Notes: generated by a model not told the origin, from the letters alone. A stretch of 64,000 nucleotides of DNA from an uncultured delta proteobacterium (GCA_963814585.1 CAWFDF010000008.1:96001-160000), one strand, 5' to 3'. Shown: positions 18,407-41,308, numbered from the stretch's first letter. A program made the numbers and translations.

Positions 18407-18904
18407 ATGACGACGCCCCGTCGCCCCACCGCCCCGTTCGCCGCCGCTGGCCGGGCCACCGAAGCCGCCATGGGCCTGGCGACCGACCTGGCCTCGGACG
18501 TGGTCGACGGGCTGAAGAAGTCCGACCGGTCCTTCCGGCTCAAGGCCGGCGTGGTGGGAACCTGGCTGGTGCTGTCGGTCGTCACCCTGTGGGTCTCCTG
18601 CCCCTCGTCGGGCCCGGCCAACTCGCTCGGCGCCATCGCCCGGCTGCAGGCCACCAGCGTCGGCCAGGTGATCTCGGTGAGGAACGACAGCGACGGCACC
18701 GTCTGGACCGAGGTCGCGCTGGTCCTCGACGACACCTGGCGCTACGAGCGGCGGCGCACCGTCCGGGCTGGCGACACCGTCACGCCGAGGGTCGAGGACT
18801 TCACCCAGGACGGCCTGCCACCGCCGGCCGACTACCGGCCGCAGAAGCTGACCGTGCAGTGCGAGCAAGGTCGCGTCTCGATCCCGCTGGTCGAGAAGCG
18901 CTGA
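18407..18904 (+). CDS. Hypothetical single-TM protein
   Basis: Coding-like composition; TM segment GVVGTWLVLSVVTLWV followed by a beta-rich domain. Confidence 0.6.
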   Translation: MTTPRRPTAPFAAAGRATEAAMGLATDLASDVVDGLKKSDRSFRLKAGVVGTWLVLSVVTLWVSCPSSGPANSLGAIARLQATSVGQVISVRNDSDGTVWTEVALVLDDTWRYERRRTVRAGDTVTPRVEDFTQDGLPPPADYRPQKLTVQCEQGRVSIPLVEKR

Positions 18905-18917
18905 CGCCGGCGTCCGG

Positions 18918-19334
18918 TCAACCGGCGCGGCGAGGCCAGGGCCGGTCGTCGAGCGCTGCCTCGGCCCGACGCGCCGCCTCGAGCTTGCGCGCCGCACGCC
19001 AGGTCGCGCCCAGCCGCTCCACCACCTCCCGCCTGGCCGAGGCGTCCTGGACGTCCGCCCGGCGGCGCTCCAGGTCCGACCGCGCCACCCGGGCCCGCTC
19101 GTCGGCCTCGCTGGCCCTGGCGTGCAGCCGTCCCGCGTCCTGCCCCAGCCGCGCGATCCAGTGCGCCGCCGCAGGGAGCGAGGCCGCCGCCCGTCCGCGC
19201 GCCGCCTCCCCACGCAGCGCGAGCGCCTCGGCCTCGGCCGCCTGGCAGCACGCCATCGCCCGGCCGAGCGCCCGCTCCGCCGCCGTCGACTCGCGCCGAC
19301 GCAGATCCAGGAGCGGCTGGAGCGGCCACCTCAC
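18918..19334 (-). CDS. FliJ/SctO-like stalk protein
   Basis: MRWPLQPLLDLRRRE start, coiled-coil, terminal EAALDD; coupled to the ATPase stop. Confidence 0.65.
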   Translation of the reverse strand: MRWPLQPLLDLRRRESTAAERALGRAMACCQAAEAEALALRGEAARGRAAASLPAAAHWIARLGQDAGRLHARASEADERARVARSDLERRRADVQDASARREVVERLGATWRAARKLEAARRAEAALDDRPWPRRAG

Positions 19335-20632
19335 GCCGCCACGCCGAGGAGCCTCGCCAGGGTCTCCTCGAAGGACGTGGTCTCCCCGGCACCCTGCCGG
19401 AGGAAGTCCTCGAGCAGGGCTCGCCGGACCAACGCCTGGTCGGCCTCGGGATCGCTGCCGGCCTGGTAGGCGCCCAGCGCCACCAGGTCGCGGGTCCGCT
19501 CCAGCGCCGCCAGCCAGGCTCGAACCCGGGAGGCCGCCGTCCGGTGGGCCTGACCGGTCACCTGCGGCATGACCCGGGACACGCTCGCCAGCACGTCGAT
19601 GGCCGGGAAGTGGCCACGCTCGGCGAGCCGCCGCTCCAGCACCACGTGGCCGTCGAGGATGCCACGGACCTCGTCGGCGATCGGCTCCTCCAGGTCACCG
19701 CCGGCCACCAGCACCGTGTAGATGGCGGTGATGCCTCCGTGCTCGCGGTTGCCGGTCCGCTCCAGCAGCCGCGGCAGCGCCTGGAAGACCGAGGCCGGGT
19801 AGCCCTGCCTGGCCGGTGGCTCGCCGGCCGCCAGCCCCACCTCCCGCTGCGCCCGGGCGAAGCGCGTGATCGAGTCGAGCAGGAAGAGCACGTCGGCGCC
19901 CCGCCCCGCGAACCACTCGGCGATCGAGGTGGCCACGTGCGCGGCCCGCAGCCGGACCAGCGCGGGGGCGTCGCTGGTCGCCACCACCACCACGCTCCTG
20001 GCGAGCCCCTCGGGGCCGAGCGCCTCCTCGACGAACTCCCGCACCTCGCGCCCGCGCTCGCCCACCAGGCAGATCACCGAGAGGTCGGCCCGGGCGCCGC
20101 GGGCGATCTGCCCGAGCAGCGTCGACTTGCCGACGCCGGCCCCCGCGAAGAGGCCGAGCCGCTGGCCGCGGCCGGCGGTGAGCAGGCCGTCGATGGCGCG
20201 CAGGCCCAGCGGCATCGGCTCGGCCACCCTGCGCCGGCGGAGCGGGTGTGGCGCCGGCCGGTCGACCGGCCAGGCCTCCAGCCCTGCCGGCTCCGGACCG
20301 CCGTCGATGGGGTGGCCCAGCCCGTCGAGCACCCGGCCCAGCAGCCTCTCGCCCACGCCCACGGTCAGGGGCGTTCCGCGCGGCCGCACCTCGGCGTCGA
20401 GCCCGACGCCCGCCGCATCGCCGAGGGGCAGGAGCACCGCCCGGTCCTGCCGGAGCGCGATGACCTCGGCGAGCAGCTCGGATCCGGCCCGCTCCACCTC
20501 GACCAGGTCGCCGAGCCTCAGCCCGGCCAGGGCCGCCTCCAGGGCCAGCCCGGAGAGGTGCGTGAGCCGCCCGGTGAGCCGGAGCGGCGAGGCCCGATCG
20601 AGCACGGCCCGCTGGCGGGCGAGCGGCGCCAT
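19331..20632 (-). CDS. FliI/YscN (SctN) type III export ATPase
   Basis: GQRLGLFAGAGVGKSTLLG, LVGERGREVREF, DSITRFARAQRE, RGILDGH, FPAID. Confidence 0.92.
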   Translation of the reverse strand: MAPLARQRAVLDRASPLRLTGRLTHLSGLALEAALAGLRLGDLVEVERAGSELLAEVIALRQDRAVLLPLGDAAGVGLDAEVRPRGTPLTVGVGERLLGRVLDGLGHPIDGGPEPAGLEAWPVDRPAPHPLRRRRVAEPMPLGLRAIDGLLTAGRGQRLGLFAGAGVGKSTLLGQIARGARADLSVICLVGERGREVREFVEEALGPEGLARSVVVVATSDAPALVRLRAAHVATSIAEWFAGRGADVLFLLDSITRFARAQREVGLAAGEPPARQGYPASVFQALPRLLERTGNREHGGITAIYTVLVAGGDLEEPIADEVRGILDGHVVLERRLAERGHFPAIDVLASVSRVMPQVTGQAHRTAASRVRAWLAALERTRDLVALGAYQAGSDPEADQALVRRALLEDFLRQGAGETTSFEETLARLLGVAA

Positions 20633-21249
20633 CAGGCCACCCCGGGCAGGAGCGCGGCCCGGAAGCCCTCCAGCCGGCTGGCGATCCGGGCGTCCACCTG
20701 CCCCGCCTCGGTCTCGACCACCACGTCGCCGGGCGCCAGGGACGGGTCGGACACCAGCTCCATGGCGGCGCCGGCCGCAGCCTCGGCCAGCTCCGCGGCC
20801 CGGTCGCCGAGGCCGGCGAGCCCGTCGGGGTGGAGGCGCACCCGCAGCGCCCGCCGCCGCCCCGCTGCCCGGAGGGCCACCACCGCCCCGTCGGCCGCCG
20901 AAGAGGGGTCGCAGCGGAGCTCGCGCCCGAGGATCCGCCGCGCCATCTCGATCGCCAGGTCGAGCGCCTCGACCTCGGCGCGCGCCAGCCAGCGTCCCTG
21001 GGCCTCGGCCAGGGCCGACAGCCGCTCGGCCACCTCGGCCGTGGCGGCGCGCAGCCCCTCGGTTCGACCCTCTTCCCGGGCCGCCGCGCGCACCTCCCCG
21101 GCCGCGCGCCGGGCCTGCTCCACCTCGGCCTCGACGCCGGCGAGGAGCGACTCCACCCGCTCCGCCGCCATCCACGCCCCGGCGGTGATGCGCCGCCTCG
21201 GCCAGGTCGCGACGTCCTGGCCCGCTCTCAGCACCCGGCTGGACTCCAT
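20632..21249 (-). CDS. FliH/SctL stator protein
   Basis: AREEGRTEG, VRLHPD, DPSLAPGDVVVETEAGQVDARI. Confidence 0.8.
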   Translation of the reverse strand: MESSRVLRAGQDVATWPRRRITAGAWMAAERVESLLAGVEAEVEQARRAAGEVRAAAREEGRTEGLRAATAEVAERLSALAEAQGRWLARAEVEALDLAIEMARRILGRELRCDPSSAADGAVVALRAAGRRRALRVRLHPDGLAGLGDRAAELAEAAAGAAMELVSDPSLAPGDVVVETEAGQVDARIASRLEGFRAALLPGVA

Positions 21250-21461
21250 GGCCCCTCCCCTCGAGGCGCCGGACGGGTGCCGGGGCCCGGCACCGCGCTG
21301 CGGCGTTCCCGGCCCAGGATGCAGGGAGGATGCCGGACGGCGCGGGGCCCGAAGGCAGGGCGCCCGTCACCGGCTCACGGTGGCGGGCGCTCGATGGGGA
21401 GGTTGCTTGCCGCAGCGAGAGGGACGGCCCTCGACGCGGGCAGCTCGCGGGGGCCGGGGCG

Positions 21462-22183
21462 CTAGGCGGCGTCGCGCTCCTCGGGCGTCAGGTAGCGCTC
21501 CAGGAACTGCTTGGTCTTCAGCTCCACCTGCCGGACGCGCTCGCGGGAGACGCCCCAGCGCTTGCCGATCTCCTCCAGCGTGCGCGGCTGGTCCTGCTCG
21601 AGGCGGTTGTGGACGATGTCCCAGCCCAGCTCGCCGATCCGCTTGCGCACCTTGCCGAGCGCCTCGCGCACGTCGCGATCGCCCTCGTCTGGAGGTAGAG
21701 GTCCTCGGGGCCTGGACCGTCGTCCTCGATCCGCTCGAGGTGGGTGGTCTCGCCATCCTCGTCGACGGCGCTGTCGAGCGACATGTCGGCCTGGGCCACG
21801 GTGCCGCTCTGCGGCCTGACCGTGCTGCGGGCCTCCTTGAGGTACTTGCCGACGTAGGCCCTGATCCACCAGACGGCGTAGGTCGAGAAGCGGGTGCCGG
21901 CCCCCGGATCGAACTTCTCGACCGCCCGCATCAGGCCGACGTTGCCTTCCTGGATGAGGTCGTCGAGCCGCACGGTGCCGCGCCGCTGCTTGCGGGCGAT
22001 CGCCACCACGAAGGCCAGGTTGTGGCGGACCAGCTTCTGCTTGGCGGCCACCTCGCCCCGGCGAGCCCGCACCGCCGCCGCGTGCTCCTCCTCGCGGGAG
22101 AGCGGCGGGAAGTCGCGGACCGCCTTGAGATAGGGGGCCAGCTCGTCGAACTCCCTGCCGCCGCGTTGGGTTCCGGTCTTCAT
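21462..22183 (-). CDS. Alternative sigma-70 factor (RpoH/SigB-like); frameshift near 21690
   Basis: DLIQEGNVGLMRAVEKFDP, RFSTYAVWWIR (ORF 21518..22183); region 4 RTLEEIGKRWGVSRERVRQVE (ORF 21462..21869). Confidence 0.88.
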
Positions 22184-22388
22184 GAGTACACTTTTCTTCC
22201 GATGTCCGTCAGGCTGGCGGGTCTTGAGGAGCGAAGTGCGGGCAAGTTATCAATCTGGACTGAATCAGTCAATCGCGACCCGGGTCTCGCACCATCCGGC
22301 TATCGTGTGAACGGTCACCGAGCCGTTCCAGTCACTACACCTAGCGGTTCGCGCATTCCCGTTTGCTCATGCCTGGTCTGAGTCCACC

Positions 22389-22402
22389 TTGATGTGTATC
22401 AA
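22389..22402. promoter_or_regulatory. FNR/CRP-family box
   Basis: TTGAT-GTGT-ATCAA, an exact TTGAT-N4-ATCAA match, in the low-GC spacer upstream of the sigma gene. Confidence 0.5.
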
Positions 22403-22561
22403 CCGCTTCTGGACGAGTCACCAGTGCGACGACGTGCCCGAGAAGGCGTCCCGATCAATCAGCGGATGGCATCCCTACGGGGATCGCCACAGGAACCGCG
22501 AGGCCCGAGGCTCAGGCCCCGGGCCACCGGATCGACACCACTCGCCCGGCGCCAGTGGCCG

Positions 22562-31051
<8,490 letters not shown>

Positions 31052-31265
31052 CGAGAACGGACCTCTTTCGCTGACTCAGGCTGCTGAAATGCATCACGCC
31101 AGCCTCGCGGCCGGCTGCCCCACTTCATCCGGCCGTCAGGCCGCGCTCACCCGGTTCACTGGACAGGGGGGCAGGTCTTAACGGGCCCGGACCCCTGCGT
31201 CAAACACCCGTGAGCGGTGGCACGGGACGGACCTCGCGATCCACCCCGTGCCACCTCGGACGGCC

Positions 31266-31643
31266 CTACTTGATCTCGACCTTGGCGCCGGCGGCCTCGA
31301 GCTTCTTCTTGATCTCGTCGGCCTCCGCCTTGGGAACGCCACCCTTGACCTCCTTGGGGGCGCCCTCGACCAGGTCCTTGGCCTCCTTCAGGCCGAGGCC
31401 CGTGACCACGCGGACCTCCTTGATGACGTTGATCTTGTTGGCGCCGGCCTCGGTGAGAACGACCGAGAACTCGGTCTTCTCCTCGGCGGCGGCGGCCGGG
31501 CCGGCGGCGGCCGGACCAGCGGCCACGGCGACGGCGGCCGCGGCGGAGACGCCCCACTTCTGCTCGAGCTGCTTCACCAGCTCGGCGGCCTGGAGGACGG
31601 TGAGACCAGACAGCTGCTCCACGATGGCATTCAGATCGGCCAT
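31266..31643 (-). CDS. rplL: 50S ribosomal protein L7/L12
   Basis: [29 protein letters not shown]. Confidence 0.97.
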   Translation of the reverse strand: MADLNAIVEQLSGLTVLQAAELVKQLEQKWGVSAAAAVAVAAGPAAAGPAAAAEEKTEFSVVLTEAGANKINVIKEVRVVTGLGLKEAKDLVEGAPKEVKGGVPKAEADEIKKKLEAAGAKVEIK

Positions 31644-31741
31644 GATTTCCTCTTCCTTTTCTCTTCGTCCGGGCCCCCTCTCGGGCGACCCGTCAGCGTT
31701 CATGGGGCCTGGCTTCGCGCCGCCCCGGGTTCAGGTGCCTT

Positions 31742-32266
31742 TCAAGACTGCTTCTCCAGCTGCTCCTTCCGCGCGCCGAGCACGCGGGCGAGCTGCTGGG
31801 CCGGGATGCCGATGACGCGGGCGAGCTTGGTCGCAGGCTGGGCCAACATCCCCAGGATCTGCGCCCGGAGCTCGTTGAGGCTCGGCAGCTTCGCGAGCGC
31901 CGTGACGCCCTTGGCGTCCACCAGCGTTCCCTCCACCACCGCCCCGCGAATCACGAAGTTCTCACGGTCCTTCATGAACTCCGTGAGGAGCTTCGCGGGG
32001 GCGACCACGTCGTCGTACGACATGACGAGCGCGGTGGGCCCCACGAACCTGTCGGCGACCACCTCCATCGGCGTGCCCTTGGCGGCGCGCGCGGCGAGGG
32101 TGTTCTTCACGACGCGGTACTCCACCTTGGCGTCACGCAGCTTCTTGCGCAGCGCGGTGACCGTCTCCACGTCGAGTCCCCTGGGTTCCGCCACGATGGC
32201 GGCCCGGGCCTTGGCCATCTTGGCGTGCAGCTCCGCGATGACCGTCTCTTTTTCCGTCCGGTTCAA
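31742..32266 (-). CDS. rplJ: 50S ribosomal protein L10 (TTG start)
   Basis: LRKKLR..YRVVKNTLA, LAKLPS; between rplA and rplL. Confidence 0.95.
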   Translation of the reverse strand: MNRTEKETVIAELHAKMAKARAAIVAEPRGLDVETVTALRKKLRDAKVEYRVVKNTLAARAAKGTPMEVVADRFVGPTALVMSYDDVVAPAKLLTEFMKDRENFVIRGAVVEGTLVDAKGVTALAKLPSLNELRAQILGMLAQPATKLARVIGIPAQQLARVLGARKEQLEKQS

Positions 32267-32395
32267 ATGTACTCACCACCTTCCTGGCCGGCGACCTCGT
32301 GGTCGACGGCTTCGTTCGTGGGCTTCGGACGGCCTTCCGGCCGGCACCAAAACCCCCTGGCCAAGCAGGGGACGCTGCGTACGACACCGCAGGTT

Positions 32396-32490
32396 CCGTC
32401 TCGGCGGGTCGGGGCCTCTCGGCTCCGCTTGGCCTCCCTTCCCCTTGGACCACTCGCACTCGGGGTCGGGCGGGCCCGCTGTCTTGGACC
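32396..32490 (-). promoter_or_regulatory. L10 leader (autogenous control element)
   Basis: Minus strand CCAAGACAGCGGG...CCCGCCGAGACGG flanks typical of the rplJ leader; boundaries approximate. Confidence 0.65.
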
Positions 32491-32564
32491 AGAATCCCCG
32501 GCGGCGTCATGCCGCCGGGCACATCGTCCCCGCGGGCGAGATGCCCGCGGGTGGAACTCGTGCG

Positions 32565-33269
<705 letters not shown>

Positions 33270-33296
33270 GTGGTCGTTCCTCGCTGAAGGCGGCGG

Positions 33297-33743
33297 TCAG
33301 CCGACGATGTCGATGCCCATGGAGCGCGCCGTCCCCTCGATGGTCCGCATCGCGGCCTCGAGGCTGCCCGCCGTCATGTCCTGCATCTTCAGCTTGGCGA
33401 TCTCCTCGACCTTCTTCCTGGTCACCTGCCCGACCTTCTCCTTGCCGGGCTTGTGCGCGCCCGACCCCTTCTTCTTCTCGGTGTGCAGCCCGGCCGCCTT
33501 CTTGAGGAGGACGGCCGCCGGCGGGGTCTTGAGCTGGAACGTGAAGGAGCGGTCCTGGTACACGGTGATGATCACCGGGATGATCAGCGCTTCCTTCGCC
33601 TGCGGCTGGGTGGCGGCGTTGAACTGCTTGCAGAACTCCATGATGTTGACGCCGTGCTGGCCGAGCGCCGGGCCCACCGGGGGTGCCGGGTTGGCCTTTC
33701 CGGCCGGCAGCTGCAGCTTGATCTGTCCTGTGATCTTCTTCAC
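33297..33743 (-). CDS. rplK: 50S ribosomal protein L11
   Basis: [36 protein letters not shown]. Confidence 0.97.
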   Translation of the reverse strand: MKKITGQIKLQLPAGKANPAPPVGPALGQHGVNIMEFCKQFNAATQPQAKEALIIPVIITVYQDRSFTFQLKTPPAAVLLKKAAGLHTEKKKGSGAHKPGKEKVGQVTRKKVEEIAKLKMQDMTAGSLEAAMRTIEGTARSMGIDIVG

Positions 33744-33864
33744 GTCTTCTCCTCGCGTGGTTCAGTCGAGCCGTCGCTCTCCCACGCTGCTGTGAACTGC
33801 GACCGCAACTGCGTCTTCCTGCTCCTGCTTCTCGAAGCATTCCGCCGGCTGAAGCCGGCGGCGG

Positions 33865-34404
33865 TTAAGTCTTCTCCACCTGCATGAAGTCGAGCTCGAC
33901 CGGGGTGGCGCGGCCGAAGATGGACACCAGCACCCGGACCTTGCCCTTCTCGGGCTTCACTTCCTCGACCGAGCCGTTGAAGTTGGAGAACGGGCCGTCG
34001 ATGACGCGGACCTGGTCGCCCTCCTCGAACTGCACCTTGGGCTTCGGCTTGAGCGATCCCTCGGAGATCTGGGCCGTGAGCCGGGAGACCTCGGCGTCGG
34101 TGATCGACGGGACGTCCTTGGGGTTCTTGGCGGAGCCGACGAAGCCGGTCACCTTGGCGGTCCCCTTGACGAGGTGCCAGGTGGAGTCGGTCATCTCCAT
34201 GTTGACCAGGATGTAGCCGGGGAAGAACTTCCGCTTGGAGGTCTTCTTCTCCCCCTTGACCATCTCCTGGACCACCTCCATCGGGATGAGCACCTCGCCG
34301 AAGTAGTCCTGGAGCGCCTCCTGCTTGACGCGCTCCTCCAGGGACTTCTTCACCTTGTTCTCGAAGCCCGAGTAGGTGTGGACCACGTACCACTTCTTCG
34401 CCAT
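33865..34404 (-). CDS. nusG: Transcription factor NusG
   Basis: [34 protein letters not shown]. Confidence 0.97.
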   Translation of the reverse strand: MAKKWYVVHTYSGFENKVKKSLEERVKQEALQDYFGEVLIPMEVVQEMVKGEKKTSKRKFFPGYILVNMEMTDSTWHLVKGTAKVTGFVGSAKNPKDVPSITDAEVSRLTAQISEGSLKPKPKVQFEEGDQVRVIDGPFSNFNGSVEEVKPEKGKVRVLVSIFGRATPVELDFMQVEKT

Positions 34405-34455
34405 GCCGCTCTCCGTTCCGTCGCCGCCCTGCGCCCTGCGTCCCGCTCCAGCGCC

Positions 34456-34851
34456 CTAGTACACCAGCGCGCTGAGCTGGCCCCAGATGAAGTCGAAGGT
34501 CCCCAGCACGATGGCCGCGATGAAGCTGGCCACCACCACCGCCACCGTCGACGCCCGCGTCTCGCGCAGGCTCGGCCAGGTGACCCGCTTCAGCTCCAGC
34601 GCGATCTCGAGCGAGACCGCCTGCGTCCTGGGAATCCGCCACACCACCACCGCCAGCACCGCGGCGACCACGAAGCCGATGACCGTCGAGAGCGTCCAGC
34701 CCTCGACCAGCACGGTGGCGTCGTTGAAACGGACGTACGAGAAGACCAGCGAGCTGATCTTCTCGAGGAACTTGGCCAGGGCGATCGCCGCGAGGACGTA
34801 GAAGATCGCGACGTACCGCTTGGGCTGTTCGACGCCGCCTGCGTTTTCCAT
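34456..34851 (-). CDS. secE: Preprotein translocase SecE
   Basis: [13 protein letters not shown] motif with 3 TM segments; between tRNA-Trp and nusG. Confidence 0.9.
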   Translation of the reverse strand: MENAGGVEQPKRYVAIFYVLAAIALAKFLEKISSLVFSYVRFNDATVLVEGWTLSTVIGFVVAAVLAVVVWRIPRTQAVSLEIALELKRVTWPSLRETRASTVAVVVASFIAAIVLGTFDFIWGQLSALVY

Positions 34852-34913
34852 GGCGCTTCGGGCCTTCTCGAAGTGAGGCCCGCCGGCTCGGCGGACCGTC
34901 TTCCGGTGTGTGG

Positions 34914-34989
34914 TGGCAGGCGAGGAGGGATTCGAACCCACAACCCGCGGTTTTGGAGACCGCTGCTCTACCGTTGGAGCTACTCGCCT
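34914..34989 (-). tRNA. tRNA-Trp (CCA)
   Basis: AGGCGAG acceptor stem, anticodon loop CTCCAAA, GGTTCGAATCC T-arm, CCA end. Confidence 0.95.
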
Positions 34990-35004
34990 AGCTTCTGCGC
35001 GGGA

Positions 35005-35160
35005 CTACTTGGTCTCCTTGTGCGGCACGTGCTTGCGGCAGCGCGGGCAGAACTTCGAGAGGTTGAGCTTGTCCTGCGTCTTCTTCTTGTTCTTGGTGGT
35101 GGAGTAGTTCCGCTCCTTGCAGGCGGAGCACTCCATCGTGATGATGCTTCGATTCCCCAT
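35005..35160 (-). CDS. rpmG: 50S ribosomal protein L33 (Zn-binding form; absent from the ORF track)
   Basis: [51 protein letters not shown]. Confidence 0.95.
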   Translation of the reverse strand: MGNRSIITMECSACKERNYSTTKNKKKTQDKLNLSKFCPRCRKHVPHKETK

Positions 35161-35190
35161 GATCGCTCCCGCCGCCGTGTGGCGGACTGG

Positions 35191-36381
<1,191 letters not shown>

Positions 36382-36438
36382 GGTGCGCTCCCGGTGACGG
36401 CCCTGCGGTGCGGTGTGCGGCCCTGCGACTTCACGAAT

Positions 36439-36514
<76 letters not shown>

Positions 36515-36541
36515 TTTCCCTGTTGTCTGGCTCGACCTCAC

Positions 36542-36617
<76 letters not shown>

Positions 36618-36682
36618 ACAAGTCGCTGCTCCTCTGGCCCAGCGCGGCTCGTTCTCCGTCGATTCGATGTGGACTGAAAGTG

Positions 36683-36768
36683 TGGTGGAGGGGGGTGGAT
36701 TCGAACCACCGAAGGCGTGAACCGGCAGATTTACAGTCTGCTCCCTTTGGCCGCTCGGGAACCCCTCC
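36683..36768 (-). tRNA. tRNA-Tyr (GTA)
   Basis: Anticodon loop CTGTAAA, long variable arm, CCA end. Confidence 0.95.
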
Positions 36769-36804
36769 GGATGAACTTCGTTCGACGTCTCTCGTCCCAC
36801 GACC

Positions 36805-36880
36805 TGGAGCTGGCGGTGGGAGTCGAACCCGCGACCTGCTGCTTACAAGGCAGCTGCTCTGCCAACTGAGCTACGCCAGC
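36805..36880 (-). tRNA. tRNA-Thr (TGT)
   Basis: GCTGGCG acceptor stem, anticodon loop CTTGTAA, CCA end. Confidence 0.95.
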
Positions 36881-37017
36881 CCAAACCTTCGGAAGTCTTC
36901 GACAACGAGCCCACCGTGCTCCGCGCGACAAGCTCCACCCGTCCCGAGTGGAGCCGCGTCTTTTAGACGAAGGGGGATCTGCTGTCAAGCCGCGGGCGTG
37001 ACCTTGGAATCACCCCA

Positions 37018-37776
37018 CTATCCCCGGCGTTGGCGCGCCACCTCGTAGAGCGCCACCGAGGCCGCCGCGGAGACGCTCAGGCTCTCGACCTGCCCCTTCA
37101 TGCTGATGCGAGCACCGTGATCGCAGCTCCTCCGAACGAGGGACCGGATGCCCTCGCCTTCACTCCCCATGACGAGGGCGGTAGGCCCCTTCAGGTCGAG
37201 CTCGTGGAGCTCGCGATCGCCGTCGGCGGCCAGCGCCACCGACCATATCCCGGAGTCCTTCAAATCCTCAATTGTTCTCGATATGTTCGTCACCCGGGCC
37301 ACCCCGCAGCGAGCCACCAGCCCGGCCGAGGCCTTCACCACCACGGGCGTCACGCCGACGGCTCGGTCGCGCGGGATGACCACGCCGTGGGCGCCGAAGG
37401 CCACGGCTGAGCGGACGATGGCGCCGAGGTGCTGGGGGTCCTCCACCCCATCGAGGATGACCATAAGGGGGGGCTCCCCGGCGGTCCGGGCAAGCTCGAG
37501 GAGCTCAGCCACCTCGGCGTACCGGTACGACCCGGACAGGACCGCCACGACGCCCTGGTGACGGTCGGTCCCGGCCAGCCGATTGAGGGCCTGGCGGGGG
37601 GCGTGTCTGACCCGGGCCCCCGCGGCGCGGGCACCCTGCTCCAGCTCCGCCACCGCGGCGGAGCGGGCCCCCTCCGCCAGCCAGAGCTCCGCGAGCTCCC
37701 CGCCCCCCCCGCGCAGCAGCTCCTTCACCGGGTTGACGCCGTAGACGAGCCGCGTCGGGCCTTCCGGCCGCTTCAC
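37018..37776 (-). CDS. rlmB: 23S rRNA 2'-O-methyltransferase RlmB (SpoU family)
   Basis: HQGVVA, LDGVEDPQHLGAIVRSA, VMGSEGEG, ESLSVSAA. Confidence 0.9.
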   Translation of the reverse strand: MKRPEGPTRLVYGVNPVKELLRGGGGELAELWLAEGARSAAVAELEQGARAAGARVRHAPRQALNRLAGTDRHQGVVAVLSGSYRYAEVAELLELARTAGEPPLMVILDGVEDPQHLGAIVRSAVAFGAHGVVIPRDRAVGVTPVVVKASAGLVARCGVARVTNISRTIEDLKDSGIWSVALAADGDRELHELDLKGPTALVMGSEGEGIRSLVRRSCDHGARISMKGQVESLSVSAAASVALYEVARQRRG

Positions 37777-38198
37777 TTGACGTCAACCGCCACGGTGACG
37801 TCGCGGACCTGCTTGACGCACCACTGGTCGGTGCAGACGAAGAAGTCGAGCTTGGCCTTGACCTCCTGCTTCCCCGCGGCGATGGCCGTGAAGGGCGCCT
37901 CGAACGACACGCCCTGGCCGGCCTGGACCGCGTCCGGCCGGCCCAGCAGCGCCTTCTTGAGCGTCAGCCCCGCCGTGGCGCTGAGGGTGATTTTGAGCGG
38001 AGCCTTGGGATCGACATGAACCGCTCCGGTCGGCTCGATGAAGAGGCGGACCAGGCCGGTCGCGCCCGCCCGCAGCGAGGCCGGCTCGGCGGTGGCGCGC
38101 AGGGCATAGCTGGTGGCCGCGTCGGCGGACGGGTCGGCCGCGGTGGCGGCGGCGGCCCAGGTGAGCCCGGCGAGGGTGGTGGCGAGGACGAAGCGCAT
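37773..38198 (-). CDS. Exported protein with DsbD-N-like fold
   Basis: Signal peptide MRFVLATTLAGLTWAAAATA; C-terminal FFVCTDQWC. Confidence 0.6.
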   Translation of the reverse strand: MRFVLATTLAGLTWAAAATAADPSADAATSYALRATAEPASLRAGATGLVRLFIEPTGAVHVDPKAPLKITLSATAGLTLKKALLGRPDAVQAGQGVSFEAPFTAIAAGKQEVKAKLDFFVCTDQWCVKQVRDVTVAVDVK

Positions 38199-38256
38199 GT
38201 GGTGAACCTCCGTGGTTGTTGCCCCATAGCAGGGACGGCCGGGGCCGAACAGACCT

Positions 38257-39138
38257 TCACGAGGCGCGGGCCAGCCCCTCCGCACAGGCCACCACCCGTG
38301 CCGCCACGTCCACGTCGCAGGCAGCCTCGGCCTCCCGGATCGAGGGCGAGGCGTTGACCTCGAAGACCAGCGGACCGTCCCTCTCGTCGAGCATGTCGAC
38401 CGCGCAGACGCGCAGGTCGAGCACCCGCGCCGCCTCGACGGCGACGGCGGCGTGGCGCGGCGGCAAGGCGACGGCGTCGAAGCGCGCCCCCCGCCGCAAG
38501 GTGCGCGCGAAGCGCCCGGCGGCGGCCCGGCGGCGAAGCGCCGCCACCACCTCGCCGCCCACCACCAGGGCCCGCAGGTCGCGCCCGCGCCCGCCGCGGA
38601 GGTATTGCTGGACCATGAGGTCCTTGCCAAGCCCGTGCACCGCCTCCAGCGCCGCCTCCAGGGACTGGAGGCTCTCGCAGATCATCACCCCGCCCTTGCC
38701 GTGGGGCGAGAGCACCTTCAGCAGCACCGGCACCCCGCCCACCCGCTCCACCAGCCCGGCCAGGCCGCGAGGTCCGCTCGCCATCACGGTCCGCGGAACC
38801 GCCAGCCCGGCGGCGGCCAGCAGCTGCAGGCTGCGCATCTTGTGGCGGCTGGCCTCGATGGCGGCGGCGCCGTTGAGCACGGGGATCCCGACCAGCTCCA
38901 GCTGCTTCACCACCGAGAGCCCATACTGGTGGATCGAGACGCCGATGCGCGGGATCACCACGTCGGCGCCGGGGAAGCGCGCCCCCTTCCAGAGGAGCGA
39001 GGGCCCCGGCGCGGCCAGCCCCAGCTCGACGTCGAGCGGGTCGACGACCCGGGCCGAGTGCCCGGCGGCGCGCGCCGCCGCCACCAGCCGCGCGGTGCTG
39101 TGGATCCGGATCGACCGGGAGAGGACGACGAGGCGCAC
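38257..39138 (-). CDS. rimK: RimK-family ATP-grasp ligase
   Basis: VRLVVLSRS..HSTARL, VIPRIG, DLRALVVGGEVV, FEVNASPS. Confidence 0.8.
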   Translation of the reverse strand: MRLVVLSRSIRIHSTARLVAAARAAGHSARVVDPLDVELGLAAPGPSLLWKGARFPGADVVIPRIGVSIHQYGLSVVKQLELVGIPVLNGAAAIEASRHKMRSLQLLAAAGLAVPRTVMASGPRGLAGLVERVGGVPVLLKVLSPHGKGGVMICESLQSLEAALEAVHGLGKDLMVQQYLRGGRGRDLRALVVGGEVVAALRRRAAAGRFARTLRRGARFDAVALPPRHAAVAVEAARVLDLRVCAVDMLDERDGPLVFEVNASPSIREAEAACDVDVAARVVACAEGLARAS

Positions 39139-39209
39139 GCTGGCGGGGATGGTACGGCCCGCGCCCGCCGAAAGCGAGCGCGGGCCGCGAGCCGCAGGGT
39201 GGACGCCGG

Positions 39210-41105
<1,896 letters not shown>

Positions 41106-41308
41106 GTGTCCGTGTTCCTCCTGGTCGACGGCAACCTAAGCACCTGTCTCGACGTGTCAAATGTGGCCCCTCCGCTTTTCGTGGTGCCCTCCCGGGTGTG
41201 TAGCCGGCTTCGCGGCCGTCACCCATTCTTCACGCCTCGTGGGGGACGCACTGGGGGCGGCATCGTCGTATCCCATTGACTTCACGGAGGCTCCAAGCTG
41301 ACGCAGCG

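Noticed and set aside
41136..41160. CIRCE element upstream of dnaK
   Set aside because: TAAGCAC..GTGTCAA has the wrong spacing and arms for TTAGCACTC-N9-GAGTGCTAA; better read as a TTGACA promoter
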